From a virus, in IMG/VR virus record IMGVR_UViG_3300033151_000166, positions 1 through 64,000 of that record: a stretch of 64,000 nucleotides of DNA. One strand, given 5' to 3'. Positions within the stretch are counted from its first letter, which is position 1. Each line of letters opens with the position of its first letter. The position numbers were made by a program, and so were the translations under genes. A model generated the notes under the pieces. That model made no database searches, was not told the origin of the DNA, and saw nothing but the letters and a program-made list of their open reading frames with translations. This document shows positions 46,715-57,664 of this stretch, in pieces.

Positions 46715-47438
46715 TTTGCACCTCGAATATAAGTTCACTGTACTCTTGGAACAGTGGTTGTACATCATCAGCTATCAAATGGTCTTTACCATCTTTAGAT
46801 ATCTTTAACACTGCAGCTAGTAACTGTTGTTGTATCCTACAAATCTCACCGATCTTCCAGGTATTATTACGAGTCCAATCCATACTCAAAGTACCTATTA
46901 CACTAGCACCTGTGAACTTAAGCTCGCTTGCACCATAGATAACTATATGACCAGTAGCTCTAGTGTTAGTGTTGAGTACATAATCTACAGGCCAATAACC
47001 ATCGACTGCGTATTGATTACCAGCCACTATACGACAAACAGCATTGATCTCTATTCTATAAGCAACATCAACATTTGAACCACAATCGTTTATAGTACAG
47101 TGCCCTTGTTCTATAGTGCTAACTACATTAGGAATGATAAAGACTGAAGATTGACAAGTCAAGTGCGCTATGTTAGCAGTGGCTGGGTTATATAGTGAGG
47201 AGTCTACAGTTAGATAGGTGTTACTGTTTAGAGGGTGAACGTCACCAGATAGAATCATAAAGCCATTGACGTCTAGTTGAGCACTAGCTAATAGATTTAC
47301 GCTTCCATGTTGGTTGTTGGCAGCTGCAGAGACAAGAGCCTCTGCTGCTAAGCTGAATTGGTTGTATATTACTATACCACCAGTTGTACTAGTAGTGGCT
47401 ATGCCATAGAGGTTGGCTACTCCTAGTACGTCCGCCAT
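46707..47438 (-). CDS. Putative fibre protein with scaffold repeats
   Basis: VANLYGIATT, FSLAAEALV, VNLLASAQL and IAHLTCQSSV repeats. Confidence 0.6.
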   Translation of the reverse strand: MADVLGVANLYGIATTSTTGGIVIYNQFSLAAEALVSAAANNQHGSVNLLASAQLDVNGFMILSGDVHPLNSNTYLTVDSSLYNPATANIAHLTCQSSVFIIPNVVSTIEQGHCTINDCGSNVDVAYRIEINAVCRIVAGNQYAVDGYWPVDYVLNTNTRATGHIVIYGASELKFTGASVIGTLSMDWTRNNTWKIGEICRIQQQLLAAVLKISKDGKDHLIADDVQPLFQEYSELIFEVQNV

Positions 47439-47441
47439 GGG

Positions 47442-47846
47442 TTATGCCAGAGTAATACTTAAATCACCTACGGCGATTTTAAATGTATCACCATTACCAA
47501 CATCTTTAGCAGCTGTTAGCTGACCGTGATAAACCATGTTACCAGCACCCTGAGTTGTTCCGTCCATAAGACCGATGTGAGTAACAATACCCCATGCACC
47601 AGTAGCTTGTGGAAACGAAATCTCAGTAGTGTTAGCACTTGTTTCATTAGTAGCCGCAGAGAACTTGGTACTAATTTCAACACGTGCATATGCTGCAGCA
47701 TTTGGTACTTCATTCGTTAGATCGCCAGTTTCTCCTGGGTCAGCAGTGAATAAAGCCAAATAGACTGTTGGCATTGTGAAAGCTCCTACACCTAATGTGT
47801 GATCAAGCAACGCTTTTTCTAGATAATCCGTCATGTTATTAGCCAT
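47442..47846 (-). CDS. Conserved small virion fibre protein (Gp80-like)
   Basis: MTDYLEKALLDH...VYLALFTADP...EV....YARV...ISFP.AT..WG.VTH.G..D...GN...G.L, a family pattern widespread in tailed phages; AAGGAG RBS. Confidence 0.8.
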   Translation of the reverse strand: MANNMTDYLEKALLDHTLGVGAFTMPTVYLALFTADPGETGDLTNEVPNAAAYARVEISTKFSAATNETSANTTEISFPQATGAWGIVTHIGLMDGTTQGAGNMVYHGQLTAAKDVGNGDTFKIAVGDLSITLA

Positions 47847-47890
47847 GATAGCTCCTTAGTTTAAACTGTTTGAACTTAGCGTTATATATG

Positions 47891-49003
47891 TTAAGGGGAA
47901 ATCCCTAACTCATCTTGTATTTGCCCCATTAGGTCCCAGTTACGAGCAATACAGCGTTGTTTAGATGCTGAGACAGTTAGATAAGTGTAACCTATTAAGT
48001 TAGTATCTGTAGCACCTAGACTGGCATCAGCATATAAAGAGTAAACACCACCAGATAGATACGCTTTATGTCCATTGTTCACTTCTAAAATAGCAATGGT
48101 ATGGAAATGACATTTGCCATAGGCATAGTTAGCTGGTTGAACATCATCTAGTATAGCTTGAGTAAAACCAAAGTTGCTTAAGTCTAAGGGTTTATACTCA
48201 CAAGTAACACGTACTTGTTGACTCATGGTACAAGAGGTATACTTATCAGCAGCAGCGTGCAGTTGTACGTTAGCATTACCACTCATAGGTTGTAAATCTT
48301 TATCAAGTATAGGGTCATGATTTAAGATTATAATACCAGCCGATATTAGATCACTAAAGCTAGAGTTATAGACCATACCCTCAGCAGGCTTAGGATTATA
48401 AGTGCCATCAGGAACTGTGTGTGCTGGTACTACTTGCCAATCATTAGTTGTTGCTGGTCTATAGTATATGTAATAAGAACCATCATCTCTAAGTGCAATT
48501 ATACAGTCAGTATAGTATCTAGTACGCTCATACCTATTATAGTTAGAACTGTAGTAGTACATAACTGAAACCCACTGAGCCTTGTACAACTTTTCAAAAG
48601 AGTAGTTTATAATTGGTTTTTTAAACTTCCACCACATCTCATCTATAGCACTTTGATCTAAAGTACCTGCCAGTGTCTTATTCTGATAGTTAACGGTCTC
48701 ACCCCAAGTGTGAATAAAACCATCTTTATCTAGTACTATACCACCGTATATTGTACCACCGTGACTATAGATATCACCTATCCACTCTAAGTGGTGATAG
48801 CCAACACCATAAGGAGTGTCAAAAAATTTGACGTCTTTATTGTTATAGTCATTGTTTAGGTTATAAGATACACCCCAAGCTAAGATCGTTCCGGTTCTAG
48901 TCATAGCTAAATGCTGGTACTCACGCCCGCCATAGCCGTCGTTTCTATCGGCGACCATGTATTGGGTGAGGTCAGTTAGTGGGTCTGGCTGAGGTACACT
49001 CAT
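47891..49003 (-). CDS. Putative receptor-binding/fibre accessory protein
   Basis: RCC1/BLIP-like blades (LAMTRTGTILAWG, VLDKDGFIHTWG); Tyr-rich. Confidence 0.55.
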   Translation of the reverse strand: MSVPQPDPLTDLTQYMVADRNDGYGGREYQHLAMTRTGTILAWGVSYNLNNDYNNKDVKFFDTPYGVGYHHLEWIGDIYSHGGTIYGGIVLDKDGFIHTWGETVNYQNKTLAGTLDQSAIDEMWWKFKKPIINYSFEKLYKAQWVSVMYYYSSNYNRYERTRYYTDCIIALRDDGSYYIYYRPATTNDWQVVPAHTVPDGTYNPKPAEGMVYNSSFSDLISAGIIILNHDPILDKDLQPMSGNANVQLHAAADKYTSCTMSQQVRVTCEYKPLDLSNFGFTQAILDDVQPANYAYGKCHFHTIAILEVNNGHKAYLSGGVYSLYADASLGATDTNLIGYTYLTVSASKQRCIARNWDLMGQIQDELGISP

Positions 49004-49062
49004 CTAATATCCTTATATAACATCTATGGTTTGTAAATTACCATACTTGTCTATTAAGCCTC

Positions 49063-52000
49063 TTAGTAAGCAGCCATCGGTATAGAGTATTGCTGTACAA
49101 CACCAGCTAAATCAATTAGTAAGATAAATTGCCACTCAGCTGAGTAGAATCCTGATGGCGGTGTTCTACCAATACTACCTGCCATGATAGCTTTATAACC
49201 AGTACCTCTTGGTATCTTAGGTAGTAAGTTATCTTGTATTGGACCTCTAGGGTCGTTGTAATTATCACCGTAGGCAAAGATTTTCTCATACAGTATTTCA
49301 GTTGTGTAGTCAGTCTTTAATAAGAACGTGGCTCTAACATGACCTATGGTTGAATAGGATAGGTTAGGGTGATTCCAATCCAGTCTCTTAATAAAGTTTC
49401 TAATATTGGTACTCTCTTGCATTGGTCTTGTGATAGAGTCACCAACAATTTCTGGTATCAAAGCATTAACTTTACCAGCTTTTCTATAGCCTGCTACACC
49501 TGAAGAGACAGCTAGTACAGTGTTAGACACACTTAGTCTAGCACTCTGAGTTGTTGGAGCTTCAGTGTAAGCTAGAGCTACTAGATCTAAAGATGCCTCA
49601 TTATAGATATTGTTGTCATAGTTAGTAACTGCCAATAATGGTCCAGGTAAATTTTCAGCTCTAGCAAACCTAGGAAGATACTCAACTCCAGTAGTCCTAT
49701 CAAAGAACACATGTGTATTGGTACCATAAATTAATACAGCTGTATTGTCTTTACCACTGAACTGCCAGTAGATTATGTTAAGGAAGTTTTTAGGAGTACT
49801 ATAAACTGGAGAGTTAATTACACCTGTAGAAAAGGCCCAACTACAAGTGGTATTATTTAATTCGTCATTGTCTAACCAACTAAAATTAATTAGATTCAAA
49901 GCGTCACCTGAAGACAGAGCATTAGATGAGAACTTATAGTTGTCCTTAGTAACACCACTAGTTGGCATAGAAGCATTAATACTAGATTGAACCGCTGCTG
50001 GGTCACCGTAGTAAGTATCATAACGAGAGTTGTATACATAGAATTCAACACCACCATCAGCTTTAACAAGACCTATTGCAGTGAGTCCTGAAGGCCATTG
50101 CTTAGGCTTAACTGACACAAAGATATCTACATAGCCAGATGTAAACTGAGACAAGCCGTTATAAAAATCAATAGCATCAGAGTTGATAGTCAATGTTCCA
50201 TCTAGATTAAGACCTACTACTACAGTTGTTCTAACATAAGTTGTTGGAGCCTCGCTATCAGGGTAGTGATAGATATCTACTTCAAAAGCACTGGTCATGT
50301 CATTGCCGTTAACTGTTTGAGCTAGCTTAGAATTGTTAGTCCAAGGATACCAGATAACACCATTAGCTTTGTGCAATGACACAAGACCATAAGCAAGTGT
50401 CTGATAACCAAAGTTATTTAGTTTAACATCAACCCAGTCCTCAGTGCTTGGAAGATCTGGTATATAACTAGTTGAAGCTGCCCAACAAATGGCTGCTCCA
50501 TTCTTCAGCATAACTGCAGCTAGACTAGAGTTAGCGTAGTATAGGGAGAGTAAACTCCCAGCTACTAAATTGGTATGTCCATCATCAACTGGCGCTAGAG
50601 CAGCTAGACTATCAGTACAATATGCTACACCTTCAGGTGTTAGACCAGAGATAAGACTGTTACTAGTAGCCCAGATCTTATCTAACTTAATACCTGGAGG
50701 TGTAAGTCTTACAACGGCTTCTGTATCTGAGTCTCTAATCATATACCATTCTTTGTTTCTAGACACGTAGTAGCCACCGACTCTGTAACCACGAATAGCT
50801 TCTATTGGATCAGGCACATCAAAGTTAGGGAACTCATCGTAAACAGTATCTGTAGACATAAAAGACCAACTATAGATAGGGTTCTGACCTAGGTAAGAAA
50901 ACCAAGATCTATAAGGACTTCTAACAAAACTTTTTGCAGCCCCACTAAGTCTACCTATCATTCTATCACTAGCATCAATAGGTGAGCTAGCTGAACAGTC
51001 CATTGTTGCCACCTCAGACAGTGGGAATTTACTATAGAACTGATTAGACTTACAGGTCATTTGAATTGTAGCACCAAATCTAGTGAATCCGTAACGCGCT
51101 GCGTGCAGTGTAATCTCTGAATTACAATGTAAATGAGCGACAGCTGTGGTACTTAAAACTGTGTCTGTGAGTATTTGATTTGTTATACGCTGTATATCAA
51201 CCAAGTCGTAATTTCCTATAATAGCTGTATGCTCATAGTTGGTTTCCATTCTATGACCGACCAATGACCTATTGCCATCTAGAACATAATCAGGTATAGC
51301 AGGCAGTGCTACATTGGATAAGAAAGTACCGTTAACATATAGATCAGCGGTGTCATCACCAAGAGCATTAGCAAATACGACTGTCATTGAGTCGTCTATC
51401 TCACTTCTATATGCCTGCATCAAACCAAACTTAGTGTATCTAGTAAGATCTAAATGAGTATCCAGAGTACCTGCTGGTATCTCGCTTAGATTATATTGAC
51501 CACCAAGTTCCCAAGGACAACCTAGTTCTGAAGGGGTATTACTAGGGCTCAGACTAAGATCATATGGTTCAGTGTTTCTATTCAAGTAGAAGTACTGATC
51601 TCTACCAGTTCGCCACATTAGATCTCCGAACATCCATTCGCCACCTAACCAGCTTGCAGTGCCAATGTGTTGATGAGTAGTAAGGCGTCTATGTAGTGTT
51701 TGTATACCTGAAGACTGCCAAGAACCACCTCTAGCGCTTATGTATCTAGCAGTTATAGGCCAATTTTGTGAGTCGTAATACATGTAACCCATTTTAGTTT
51801 CATCTAGTTTAGCTTGGAAAGTAACAAAGCTAGCGCTAGTTTGAACCTCGCCATAAGCATACACGTAGTATCGATGTACGTTTAATGATGAGACCATCTC
51901 AGGTAATAACCATTTAGGGTCTTCTCTAAATTTAAGTACCTCAGTTATAGGGAAACCAGTGAAGTTCATCTGTAGGAAGTTAACTTGAATACTGTTAGCA

Positions 52001-55000
52001 AAGTCCTCATGACTAGGTACGTAGCCAGAGCCCTCGTTTTGAAGCTTAAAACCTGATTGAGTTAGAACAACTTCACCATTCATATACCAAACAGCACTTC
52101 CATGTATGATAGACAGTATTAGTTCTACTGAGTCACCCGGAGTATAAGGAATATTAACTCTTTTAGTTGCAGTGCCATAACCAGTACTACCAAAACCAAA
52201 TCTAAGCTCATTATTTTTAGTACCTACAAAGGCTGATGAGTTACCGTTGTCATAGTAGTCCCATATACTTATAGTCTGGAAGCCAAATATCCAGCCAGAA
52301 GAACCATTAGGTAGGTGTACTATTGTTCTCATACCAAAGTTCTCATAACGTAGTTGTTCTTTAACAGGTGCTACACCATCTTGTGTGAATGGATTACCAT
52401 AGAACCGAGGTCTAGAACCCCAAGTAGACTGAGGCGCAGTTCTCGGTTCCATATTGGTATTCCAAAACTCAGCTTGGTTCTTAGCACTAGCTTTATAAGA
52501 ATTGTCATAGCTTACTTGAATGTCTTTATTGATCTTTAGTATCTCATACTTCTCACCGAAATATGAATTACAAGTCATGTGACTTTTAAGATAAGCTTGG
52601 ATACCAGAAAGAACATCTATCTCTGAGCTACCTGACATATGACAAATAGCTACATTAGGTACAGCGTGTACAGTTGCACTACCAGCGTTGAACTTAGCTC
52701 TAGGTTTATGGTCATTCTCATACTTCAGTACATAACGATCAGCATCAGACAGTGTTCTATCAAAGAACCTTACACTGTCCCAGTTACCACCGTGCATTTC
52801 AAAGCTATCCATTAGTACCATAGACCCAGTTAAGGTGTCTCGCTCTAAAGTAAGATCACCATCTATATAGACTTTAAAGTGACTATTTTCAAATTCAATA
52901 GTGACATGATAAAAGCCTTGCTCTCTAGGAATATCTGATGTTGGGTCTAGCTCAGGGTGTACACAAGGTGACATTTCTATATGATCAGCCCATAACTTAT
53001 AGACAGTGTCAGCTCCGGAATAATCAGCCGCCTGAGTCACAGCACAAACGACTGAGACTTGAGAGGTTGGGCTTGCTTGACCAAAAGAATTAGGTATTAA
53101 CTCAAATTTCATACCTTGGTATTCTGAATCTCCACTAGCATGTTGTGCCTCTATAACTATGGGACTGCCCCAGGTATTCTCAGCGTCACCTATAGGTGGG
53201 CACCAAGCTGAATTAGACACATGAAAAGACATGGCCCATAGAGTATTAGAAGTTAACCAAGCTGCTACGTCAGGTGAACCATAACCGAGAGTTCCTGCTT
53301 GATCAAATCTACCAACTCTATGCCCTTCTACACCATTAGCGGAGCGAAAGATAGGTACAAAACCTTGAGCACCTATAGTTCCGTTAGGCCAAAAACCTAG
53401 ACAAGAGCCGTCCTCGAAGATATCAAATATCTGATCAGTGTTAAAAGGTAAAGGATATCTCCAACCAGCGACTGTTAAGTCACTACTAGAGCCAACTAGA
53501 TGAGCCTTAGGTCCAGGAATAGACTGACCTTTAGCTGTAAATCTATACACTTGTGGGTACAGTGTGATAAAAGGAGTGTAGGCTCTAATGTTTATAGCTT
53601 CGCCCTGTAGGTGCGCACTACCATATACTAGATAGAAACCACCTTCTACGTCTAGAGTAGCTGTACCTTGTAGGTTACCGAAAGCTTTAGGTCTAGCATG
53701 TGAAGTAGCTGAGGCACTAAGATGAGACTCTGTAGCACCAAGGTGTTTAGCTAGAACACCGTTTCTTGTACTTTGAGTTATCTCTTGGTCATAGTACTGT
53801 ACAAACTGTATACTAATAGCATTAGCAGAGCTATGAATTGGATGACTAACTGCAGTGCCATTTGAAGCTGGTGCTCTAGCGGTCAATGTTACACTAGCTT
53901 TGATCACACCATCAATACGTATAATGTATGTGGCTTGAGTACCATTAAGAATCTTTTGAACCTCTAGTAGATACGTATTGCCAACGCCATTATGTGGTAT
54001 GTTACCAAAGTTATATGAAGTACCGTTAAGACGCATACTCATACCAACGTAAGTTGAAGCTAGAGTACCATTTATATAGATGTACTCGCCAGTAGGGTGG
54101 TAACACTGATACATAGTTCCACCAGAAGCATTTAGTCTGATACTAGCAAAGTAAGACCAACTAACATATTTAGGGAAGAACGTGTATGATGTACGACCAA
54201 ACCTAGCATAGCCAGAGGTAGGTCGCATTGCTGTACCCTCAGGTAAAACTACGTAGGTCCAAGAACCCGTAGAGTAGTTATGCGTTAAACCAGTGACACT
54301 ATCAAGTGTGTTATTGTCAAAATCAAGGTTGTGAATTAACTTAGGTCCAAAATGTGTAGCACCAGCATCAGCAAAAACTGTAGCACCACCACTTAGAATA
54401 GACTCGCCCCACTCTCTATAGCTACCGGCTTCAGCATCAGCAAATAGATTAGCTTGCTGACTCAAGTGTGACGTACCGAGATAGTTGTACCAAGTATAGA
54501 CAACGTCTAAAGTAGCTGAAGCACTAAGATCAAAAGTAAAGTACCATAGACCACGAATAAACGACAGTACATCTAAAGTAGCTGAAGCAGTGAGCGGTGC
54601 GTTAAAATATAAATAACCTCTGATAGTAGGCACTATATTGACAGTTGCTGTCTCACTCAACACGGAGTCAAAGTACAAGTACCCACGTATAATAGGCACA
54701 ACATCAGGTAAGTAGGCTGAGCTACTTAGTATACTAGAACCTAGTACGTCACCTCTAAGAGTAACTGCGGTAGTCGCTTTACCATAAAGTCTACCTTCAC
54801 CTAGCGTTGGTCCAGTAGTGAAGCTGGTAGCATTACTTATAGCCTCACCAGCCAATCTAGTTCTAGAATCTTGTTCAACTGTTACTCTTATGTTAATAGG
54901 TAAGATCTCAGAAAAACCACTTGTACTATAAGGTCTTACTCCAAAATAGTACTGACCTATAGCCGATAAGAAACTACCATCATTATGAGCTAGACTAGCC

Positions 55001-55629
55001 ATAGTTGGATCATAAGCTTCTAGACGTTCTTGAATCCAATAAGGTTCGCCATTCTCAGTAGTCTCTATACCTGGATCATCGTCCTCGTGTACTAGATAAG
55101 TATTATCGTCAGGTGGTGTATTAGTAGCTGCATACAACTGAATGACTGTATCAATCCAAGGGTCATCCCAGTAAGCATCTGTTTGAATAGTTTCAACACC
55201 AACTAGTAAACCAGTAGTATCAAAAGGCTCACTGTTAATGTACAGTTGACCATCAGCGGGTGCTAGAACATACTCGTAAGTACCTGTTTTTATAGGGAAG
55301 GTTGAACTTAATTCTCTACCTAGATTTGACTCTGCTAGTACAGCTGCTGAACCAGCTAAGTCAGCTTGCTTGATTTTATTAAGAGACGCTTGAACAGTAG
55401 CTGAACCAACTAGTACAGTGCTGAAGTTAGGTCTTGCAACTGTACTCGCTGAACCACTAAGTCTAGCTGCGACTATCTTTAACAGTAGTGTACCAGAACC
55501 CTGTAATTCTGAAGAGCTACGAAGTAATGGCGTGGCTATACTAGTTACTAAAGCTGAACCAGATATAATGATGATAGAGCTGTCTTCAGACCACCCTTGG
55601 GCCGCATAGCCAGTTACTACGTAATTCAA
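49063..55629 (-). CDS. Giant modular tail-fibre/adhesin (2188 aa)
   Basis: Blocks of scaffold repeats alternate with LamG/concanavalin-like domains (LDFDNNTLD; WDSVRFFDRTLS); propeller-like C-terminal region; TTG start. Confidence 0.75.
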   Translation of the reverse strand: MNYVVTGYAAQGWSEDSSIIIISGSALVTSIATPLLRSSSELQGSGTLLLKIVAARLSGSASTVARPNFSTVLVGSATVQASLNKIKQADLAGSAAVLAESNLGRELSSTFPIKTGTYEYVLAPADGQLYINSEPFDTTGLLVGVETIQTDAYWDDPWIDTVIQLYAATNTPPDDNTYLVHEDDDPGIETTENGEPYWIQERLEAYDPTMASLAHNDGSFLSAIGQYYFGVRPYSTSGFSEILPINIRVTVEQDSRTRLAGEAISNATSFTTGPTLGEGRLYGKATTAVTLRGDVLGSSILSSSAYLPDVVPIIRGYLYFDSVLSETATVNIVPTIRGYLYFNAPLTASATLDVLSFIRGLWYFTFDLSASATLDVVYTWYNYLGTSHLSQQANLFADAEAGSYREWGESILSGGATVFADAGATHFGPKLIHNLDFDNNTLDSVTGLTHNYSTGSWTYVVLPEGTAMRPTSGYARFGRTSYTFFPKYVSWSYFASIRLNASGGTMYQCYHPTGEYIYINGTLASTYVGMSMRLNGTSYNFGNIPHNGVGNTYLLEVQKILNGTQATYIIRIDGVIKASVTLTARAPASNGTAVSHPIHSSANAISIQFVQYYDQEITQSTRNGVLAKHLGATESHLSASATSHARPKAFGNLQGTATLDVEGGFYLVYGSAHLQGEAINIRAYTPFITLYPQVYRFTAKGQSIPGPKAHLVGSSSDLTVAGWRYPLPFNTDQIFDIFEDGSCLGFWPNGTIGAQGFVPIFRSANGVEGHRVGRFDQAGTLGYGSPDVAAWLTSNTLWAMSFHVSNSAWCPPIGDAENTWGSPIVIEAQHASGDSEYQGMKFELIPNSFGQASPTSQVSVVCAVTQAADYSGADTVYKLWADHIEMSPCVHPELDPTSDIPREQGFYHVTIEFENSHFKVYIDGDLTLERDTLTGSMVLMDSFEMHGGNWDSVRFFDRTLSDADRYVLKYENDHKPRAKFNAGSATVHAVPNVAICHMSGSSEIDVLSGIQAYLKSHMTCNSYFGEKYEILKINKDIQVSYDNSYKASAKNQAEFWNTNMEPRTAPQSTWGSRPRFYGNPFTQDGVAPVKEQLRYENFGMRTIVHLPNGSSGWIFGFQTISIWDYYDNGNSSAFVGTKNNELRFGFGSTGYGTATKRVNIPYTPGDSVELILSIIHGSAVWYMNGEVVLTQSGFKLQNEGSGYVPSHEDFANSIQVNFLQMNFTGFPITEVLKFREDPKWLLPEMVSSLNVHRYYVYAYGEVQTSASFVTFQAKLDETKMGYMYYDSQNWPITARYISARGGSWQSSGIQTLHRRLTTHQHIGTASWLGGEWMFGDLMWRTGRDQYFYLNRNTEPYDLSLSPSNTPSELGCPWELGGQYNLSEIPAGTLDTHLDLTRYTKFGLMQAYRSEIDDSMTVVFANALGDDTADLYVNGTFLSNVALPAIPDYVLDGNRSLVGHRMETNYEHTAIIGNYDLVDIQRITNQILTDTVLSTTAVAHLHCNSEITLHAARYGFTRFGATIQMTCKSNQFYSKFPLSEVATMDCSASSPIDASDRMIGRLSGAAKSFVRSPYRSWFSYLGQNPIYSWSFMSTDTVYDEFPNFDVPDPIEAIRGYRVGGYYVSRNKEWYMIRDSDTEAVVRLTPPGIKLDKIWATSNSLISGLTPEGVAYCTDSLAALAPVDDGHTNLVAGSLLSLYYANSSLAAVMLKNGAAICWAASTSYIPDLPSTEDWVDVKLNNFGYQTLAYGLVSLHKANGVIWYPWTNNSKLAQTVNGNDMTSAFEVDIYHYPDSEAPTTYVRTTVVVGLNLDGTLTINSDAIDFYNGLSQFTSGYVDIFVSVKPKQWPSGLTAIGLVKADGGVEFYVYNSRYDTYYGDPAAVQSSINASMPTSGVTKDNYKFSSNALSSGDALNLINFSWLDNDELNNTTCSWAFSTGVINSPVYSTPKNFLNIIYWQFSGKDNTAVLIYGTNTHVFFDRTTGVEYLPRFARAENLPGPLLAVTNYDNNIYNEASLDLVALAYTEAPTTQSARLSVSNTVLAVSSGVAGYRKAGKVNALIPEIVGDSITRPMQESTNIRNFIKRLDWNHPNLSYSTIGHVRATFLLKTDYTTEILYEKIFAYGDNYNDPRGPIQDNLLPKIPRGTGYKAIMAGSIGRTPPSGFYSAEWQFILLIDLAGVVQQYSIPMAAY

Positions 55630-55631
55630 TG

Positions 55632-56153
55632 CTATGCCCCGAAGTAGGTCTTAATACCTTTGAATATGTCAACACGGTATTCTACATTCACTGAAGCATC
55701 TTTAAGTTTCATGTAAATACTGGTGCTTGTAACACCATTACCTGGTTGATCAAACTCAACTGTGAAGCCTGCATGTAGTCTAACCTCAGTAGCTGCACTG
55801 CTTCTAAGATTTGTAGTATCATGTAAGTACCATTGACCTGCAGAGTTCGGGTCTGCTTGATTAGGTTTGTCATAGAAAAAATGACCTGAGTAAGTATAGA
55901 ACCCTGAAGCTGTAACCCCAGTGAATGTGAAGTAGTACATGTCTTCAATGTTAGAAGCATCAACTGCTAGGATGTCATGAGTCAACTCTATAGACCCTTG
56001 AATATTTCCCTTCTCTGTAGTCGTAACTAACGTGGTGTTGTTATAGGCAATAGCAGCCTCACCTTGTTCTGCCAATAGAAAGTTCTGGTCAAGCTCATCG
56101 AATGTAAGTTCTCTACCTAGTCCCGATCTGTAAAGTATCTCTTTTCGTGCCAT
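55632..56153 (-). CDS. Fibre/baseplate attachment protein
   Basis: N-terminal R..LGRELTFDELDQNF motif typical of phage fibre anchor segments. Confidence 0.6.
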   Translation of the reverse strand: MARKEILYRSGLGRELTFDELDQNFLLAEQGEAAIAYNNTTLVTTTEKGNIQGSIELTHDILAVDASNIEDMYYFTFTGVTASGFYTYSGHFFYDKPNQADPNSAGQWYLHDTTNLRSSAATEVRLHAGFTVEFDQPGNGVTSTSIYMKLKDASVNVEYRVDIFKGIKTYFGA

Positions 56154-57037
56154 TATAGTCTCCTGCCGGTGAATTGTATTTGCTTACCGTAAAGTGTTAG
56201 ATTGATAAGCTCTTGTGTGTTTTGTCTCATACCTTTTGCGTAGTGAACTATCCCATTAGGATTAATAGTTTCAATGTCTGCATGCAGTATAGGTCTAGTA
56301 ATTATCACTGGGTCTTGATAGTTAAATAGAGTTTCTTCGTCTATGTTAACTACCAGGCTAATTGTTTCATTGCCGTTAGTAAACTCTAAAAGGTCCCCGG
56401 ACTTTAGCTCTTTTAAATCAATTATTGCATTAAGGTTTATATCGACAGTTTCACCTGAATCATATACTATGAATGGGTCTATTACTAAAGGATCTATGTC
56501 AGGAACATCTTTGGCACCAGCCCAACCAACACTGTTTCCAAGAGTAACAGTTGAAGGTATGAATAGTAACTGCTCATAGTTCTTAGGCCATTGGTAAGTT
56601 AGTTTGATGCCTGTAGGTACATAGCCAAGTCTCAAGTTCCACAGATATTCAGAATCAAAGTAGTGAGGATTAAAATAGAACTTGCTTCTCTTAATAGGGT
56701 CCCAACTATATTTACCTGTTATAGGATCTTGGTAAAGGCAATTGCCATTCTCAAGCTTAATGAATACAGCTGAGTCTTGATTAAAGATCGACTTGTTCTC
56801 TTTAGCATCATAAGTCTGACGACTGCCAACGATCAAAAGCTGCAGTAGTTTTTCTTGTGGTAGAAAGTATCTAGTAAAATAGTATTTGTCTGGAGCCTCA
56901 AACATATTAGGTTTGTGATTGCCAATGCTATTGCCGTTGATACTAATACCAACACTAGATGTATCACTAGAGATACCATGTATGTGGTAAGGCAAAGTCA
57001 AGTCTGTATCGTTAGTGGTGTATTTATATTTAAGCAT
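56153..57037 (-). CDS. Putative tail-tip protein
   Basis: Synteny only. Confidence 0.55.
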   Translation of the reverse strand: MLKYKYTTNDTDLTLPYHIHGISSDTSSVGISINGNSIGNHKPNMFEAPDKYYFTRYFLPQEKLLQLLIVGSRQTYDAKENKSIFNQDSAVFIKLENGNCLYQDPITGKYSWDPIKRSKFYFNPHYFDSEYLWNLRLGYVPTGIKLTYQWPKNYEQLLFIPSTVTLGNSVGWAGAKDVPDIDPLVIDPFIVYDSGETVDINLNAIIDLKELKSGDLLEFTNGNETISLVVNIDEETLFNYQDPVIITRPILHADIETINPNGIVHYAKGMRQNTQELINLTLYGKQIQFTGRRL

Positions 57038-57663
57038 CAGTTATCCTTCGCAAATACTATACCAACGTAACTAGTAACGCCAGTATCAAAGTTTACTTTA
57101 ATCTCAATAACAACTATCTTGATATCTTTATCTAGTATGTTAATAATGTCACCTTTGATAAACGCTTGAGCACGATTAAAAGTCACTGTACCACGAAAAA
57201 GTTTGAACTTAAAGTTGTTGTTGTAGAAGCTTCTAGCTCCAGCTACATCTAAAGTAGTATGAATATCTAAAGTCTTAGAATCTGTACTACCAAAAGGTCT
57301 GTAAACATTGGGCTCACCGAGCTGCTCTTTATCAATAAACTTTAGTGCTAGTGGTGCTTCTAAAGTGTTAGCTACAAACTCAAGTGAGTACTTACCATTG
57401 ATATAAGACTGCTCATTAAACTCACGCCATGTCATGCTATAGTTATGACCGCTAACATCTTGACTTATAAAGTTCATACTGTCACCTAGTATAACTGGTT
57501 CACGTGCATGTACTTGTGCTATGTAACTGTAGAAAGATTTATTGTCATTAAAAGATAAAGTAGCATCAGTCTCAATAACATTATCTGCCATAGTCATGAA
57601 GCCAACTGACTCAAACGGTGAGGTGAATTCATTAAGTGCTAAGTCCATTTGTGCTAAGTTCAT
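57037..57663 (-). CDS. Putative tail-tip protein
   Basis: Synteny; C-terminal GDII...VIEI OB-like pattern. Confidence 0.55.
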   Translation of the reverse strand: MNLAQMDLALNEFTSPFESVGFMTMADNVIETDATLSFNDNKSFYSYIAQVHAREPVILGDSMNFISQDVSGHNYSMTWREFNEQSYINGKYSLEFVANTLEAPLALKFIDKEQLGEPNVYRPFGSTDSKTLDIHTTLDVAGARSFYNNNFKFKLFRGTVTFNRAQAFIKGDIINILDKDIKIVVIEIKVNFDTGVTSYVGIVFAKDN

Positions 57664-57664
57664 G

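Noticed and set aside
9467-49062. Shared late-promoter motif (TATAAC/TATACC-like) upstream of minus-strand genes
   Set aside because: The candidates before 9466, 13395, 47846 and 49003 are too degenerate to support a consensus.
44172-55629. Diversity-generating retroelement or invertase shufflon acting on fibre genes
   Set aside because: No reverse transcriptase, recombinase or TR/VR pair seen in the window.
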